Part shown: positions 61,870 through 64,000 of the stretch, piece after piece
How the letters are laid out: each line of letters starts with the position of its first letter
Position numbering within the stretch: position 1 is the stretch's first letter
NCBI GenBank assembly: GCA_003697085.1
Contig: RFFU01000074.1
Span: 17,562 to 81,561 of the forward strand
DNA length: 64,000 bases
Origin: Candidatus Hydrogenedentota bacterium
GTDB lineage: Bacteria; UBA8481; J006
Reading direction: 5' to 3'
Position numbers and translations under genes: made by a program
Notes under the pieces: generated by a model
What the model saw: the letters and a program-made list of their open reading frames with translations, nothing else
Databases searched by the model: none
Told to the model about the DNA's origin: nothing

Positions 61870-62958
61870 ATGAGCGGAAACACATTCGGCCGGTTGTTTC
61901 GAGTGACTTCCTGTGGAGAATCGCACGGGGCGGGAATCGGTGTGATCCTCGACGGCGTTCCGCCGGGATTATCGCTCGATCCATCCGAGATCGACGCAGC
62001 ATTGGCCCGGCGACGTCCCGGGCAATCCGACCTCGTTTCGCCGCGGAGCGAGGCGGATCGTTGCGAGATTTTTTCGGGTGTCGAGTCGGGGGTGACACTG
62101 GGGACGCCGATCGGTGTTCTGGTGCGAAACAAGGATGCGCGACCGGAATCTTATGACGAAATCAAGAATGTGTATCGTCCCTCGCATGCCGATTTCACTT
62201 ACGAACGAAAATACGGGCGGACGGCGGCGTCCGGGGGAGGGCGAGCCAGTGCGCGCGAGACGATCGCGCGGGTCGTCGGCGGCGTTGTTGCCGAGAAGAT
62301 TTTATCGCGAGCCGGGAGGATCGAGATCGTCGCGGCGGTCGAGCGGGTGGGAACGATCGAGACGAAGATCAGTCCGGATGATCCGCGTTTGACCCGCGAG
62401 TCCGTCGATGCGCATCCGGTACGATGTCCGGTTGCGGAGATTGCCGATAAGATGGGGGACTTGATCCGTGATACGCGCCGGCAGGGCGACTCGTTGGGGG
62501 GGATCATTTTGGCTGTGGCACGGAACGTCCCGGCGGGGTGGGGGGATCCCGTCTTCGATAAGATCGACGCGACGCTGGCCCACGCGCTCTTTTCGCTTCC
62601 TGCCGTGAAAGGTGTCGAGATCGGTTCGGGATTTGGAGGCGTTGCGCTTCGAGGAAGCGAACACAACGACGTCTTCGAAAATCGAGAAGGGCGAATACAA
62701 ACCCGGACGAACCGCTCAGGCGGCATTCAAGGCGGGATTACGAACGGTGAGAATATCGTGGTGCGCATCGCGTTCAAGCCGACCTCGACGATTGCTTTGG
62801 AGCAGGACACGGTGACGCGGCAAGGAGAACCGGCGCGGCTGAAAGGCCGGGGACGACACGACCCCTGTGTTCTTCCTCGCGCCGTTCCGATCGTCGAAGC
62901 GATGATTGCGATCGTTCTCGCCGACCATTACCTTCGCCAGCGCGCGATTACGTTCTGA
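61870..62958 (+). CDS. aroC: chorismate synthase
   Basis: MSGNTFGRLFRVTSCGESHG..., GRSSARETIARV-like block (GGGRASARETIARV), and RHDPCVLPRA. Confidence 0.95.
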   Translation: MSGNTFGRLFRVTSCGESHGAGIGVILDGVPPGLSLDPSEIDAALARRRPGQSDLVSPRSEADRCEIFSGVESGVTLGTPIGVLVRNKDARPESYDEIKNVYRPSHADFTYERKYGRTAASGGGRASARETIARVVGGVVAEKILSRAGRIEIVAAVERVGTIETKISPDDPRLTRESVDAHPVRCPVAEIADKMGDLIRDTRRQGDSLGGIILAVARNVPAGWGDPVFDKIDATLAHALFSLPAVKGVEIGSGFGGVALRGSEHNDVFENREGRIQTRTNRSGGIQGGITNGENIVVRIAFKPTSTIALEQDTVTRQGEPARLKGRGRHDPCVLPRAVPIVEAMIAIVLADHYLRQRAITF

Positions 62959-62979
62959 TTTGGTGGGTTGTCTGAAGCG

Positions 62980-64000
62980 ATGGATAAGACTCCAAAGCGG
63001 GAAAAGCGCGCGGCTTCCTTGACGATTCGCCTCCGGGTTCTTATCGGTGCTCTTCTCATCGGAAGCCTTGCCGTTTCGGCGGGCGCGGCATCGGTCGAAA
63101 GAGCACCGAACGGTGCGGCCTTGATACTGGAACACCGTGCCGGGGCTCCCGTGACGGCGGTACAACTCTGGGTTCGAACAGGTTCGCGCGACGAAGACAC
63201 GGTGACGATGGGGCTGAGTCATTTTTTGGAGCATATGCTTTTCAAGGGAACGAAGACGCGACCGGTCGGGGAGATCGATGAGGAGGTCGAGAGCAACGGC
63301 GGTGAGATGAATGCCGCGACCTCGAAGGACTGGACCTATTATCACGTCACGATTCGTTCGGAGGAGTGGCGGCGCGCCCTCGAGATCATCACGGATATTG
63401 CGAGGAATGCGTCCTTCCCTCCGGTGGAGATGAAGAAGGAGCGGGAGGTGATCAAGTCGGAGATCGACCGCCGTAACGATGATCCTGTCACGATGCTCTA
63501 CGACAGCATCGATCGCGCCGCCTATCTTCGTCACCCCTATCGCTTCCGCGTCATCGGAACAGACACCACGTTGGATCGCACGACGCGCGAGGACCTTGTT
63601 CGATACTACCGGTCACGTTACGAACCGACACATCTTGCCGTCGTTGTCGTGGGGGACTTCGACACGGTGATCGCACGGAATATCTTCAGGGAAACGCTCG
63701 GCGCGGACACTCGGCGGCCGGCCGTGGATCGGTTCTTCTCACCCGAGGTTGGGCTCCCCGCCGATACACTGCTCATTCTTCATACCAATGCCGTTTCCGC
63801 CTACGGAGCCATTTCCTATCCCGCGCCGGCCGCGCGGAATTTCCGCGACAATGTTGCCGCCGACCTTCTTCTGACCCTCCTTTCCGGAGACGCCGTCGGT
63901 CGCATGCGGCGTCACCTTGTCGAGGAAACCCGCCTCGCTGATCGGTTTTGGATCTCCTTTCCGACTTCGCGCGATCCCGCGCGATTCAGTTTTCTCTACG
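62980..64000 (+). CDS. M16 family (pitrilysin/insulinase-like) zinc peptidase, N-terminal part; continues past the right edge
   Basis: Not in the ORF track (no stop in window). From ATG 62980: MDKTPKREKRAASLTIRLRVLIGALLIGSLAVSAGAA (signal), GLSHFLEHMLFKGT (HxxEH), and EREVIKSEI (distal Glu region). Confidence 0.85.
   Translation, partial: MDKTPKREKRAASLTIRLRVLIGALLIGSLAVSAGAASVERAPNGAALILEHRAGAPVTAVQLWVRTGSRDEDTVTMGLSHFLEHMLFKGTKTRPVGEIDEEVESNGGEMNAATSKDWTYYHVTIRSEEWRRALEIITDIARNASFPPVEMKKEREVIKSEIDRRNDDPVTMLYDSIDRAAYLRHPYRFRVIGTDTTLDRTTREDLVRYYRSRYEPTHLAVVVVGDFDTVIARNIFRETLGADTRRPAVDRFFSPEVGLPADTLLILHTNAVSAYGAISYPAPAARNFRDNVAADLLLTLLSGDAVGRMRRHLVEETRLADRFWISFPTSRDPARFSFLY

Noticed and set aside
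1-64000. Alternative genetic code (UGA read as Gly/Trp/Sec), considered because many ORFs end in TGA close to in-frame continuations.
   Set aside because: TGA terminates well-defined genes at positions matching family lengths (Lon, ThrC, Der, AroC and others). It also forms the recurrent ATGA overlaps with the next start codon. I saw no SECIS-like context.

Overview
GC-rich bacterial chromosomal segment. I saw no rRNA, CRISPR array, transposase or integrase. It carries about 55 supportable protein genes and 3 tRNAs.

Left third:
- a thioredoxin-fold gene fragment, a CPBP protease, and an EF-hand protein with about 12 copies of a 17-aa repeat
- a translationally coupled glycan cluster (flippase-like protein, SAM methyltransferase, GT4, GT2)
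- the most unusual locus: two tandem small genes sharing a 36-aa double-glycine (GG) leader, the second fused to a Hint (Hedgehog/intein-like) autoprocessing domain
- within the next 6.4 kb, a CHASE2 class III nucleotide cyclase, a secreted two-HKD PLD-family protein and an MNT/HEPN pair
- a complete NHLM-type bacteriocin export module (cNMP-domain protein, HlyD-like adaptor, C39-peptidase ABC transporter, second ABC transporter)

Middle:
- FkbM methyltransferase, GT4 and GT2 genes that each carry an extra GT9-N-like half domain
- an OmpA-family coiled-coil lipoprotein
- tRNA-Met, a PduO-type adenosyltransferase and tRNA-fMet
- a nine-gene MoxR-DUF58-BatABCDE operon bracketed by direct repeat islands

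Right third is mostly housekeeping: VapBC, alpha-glucan phosphorylase, tadA, der-plsY-gpsA, hisZ, a SerA-like dehydrogenase, engB, lon, thrC, tRNA-Leu, a DHH phosphoesterase, mnmA, aroC and an M16 peptidase.

Nearly every long intergenic gap is filled by a mosaic family of short repeat modules (A-F below). These modules also generate many spurious ORFs in the six-frame track. Many ORF-track starts lie too far upstream. Recurrent 4-nt ATGA/GTGA stop-start overlaps were used to reposition them.

All family assignments rest on motifs read by eye. No database search was run.
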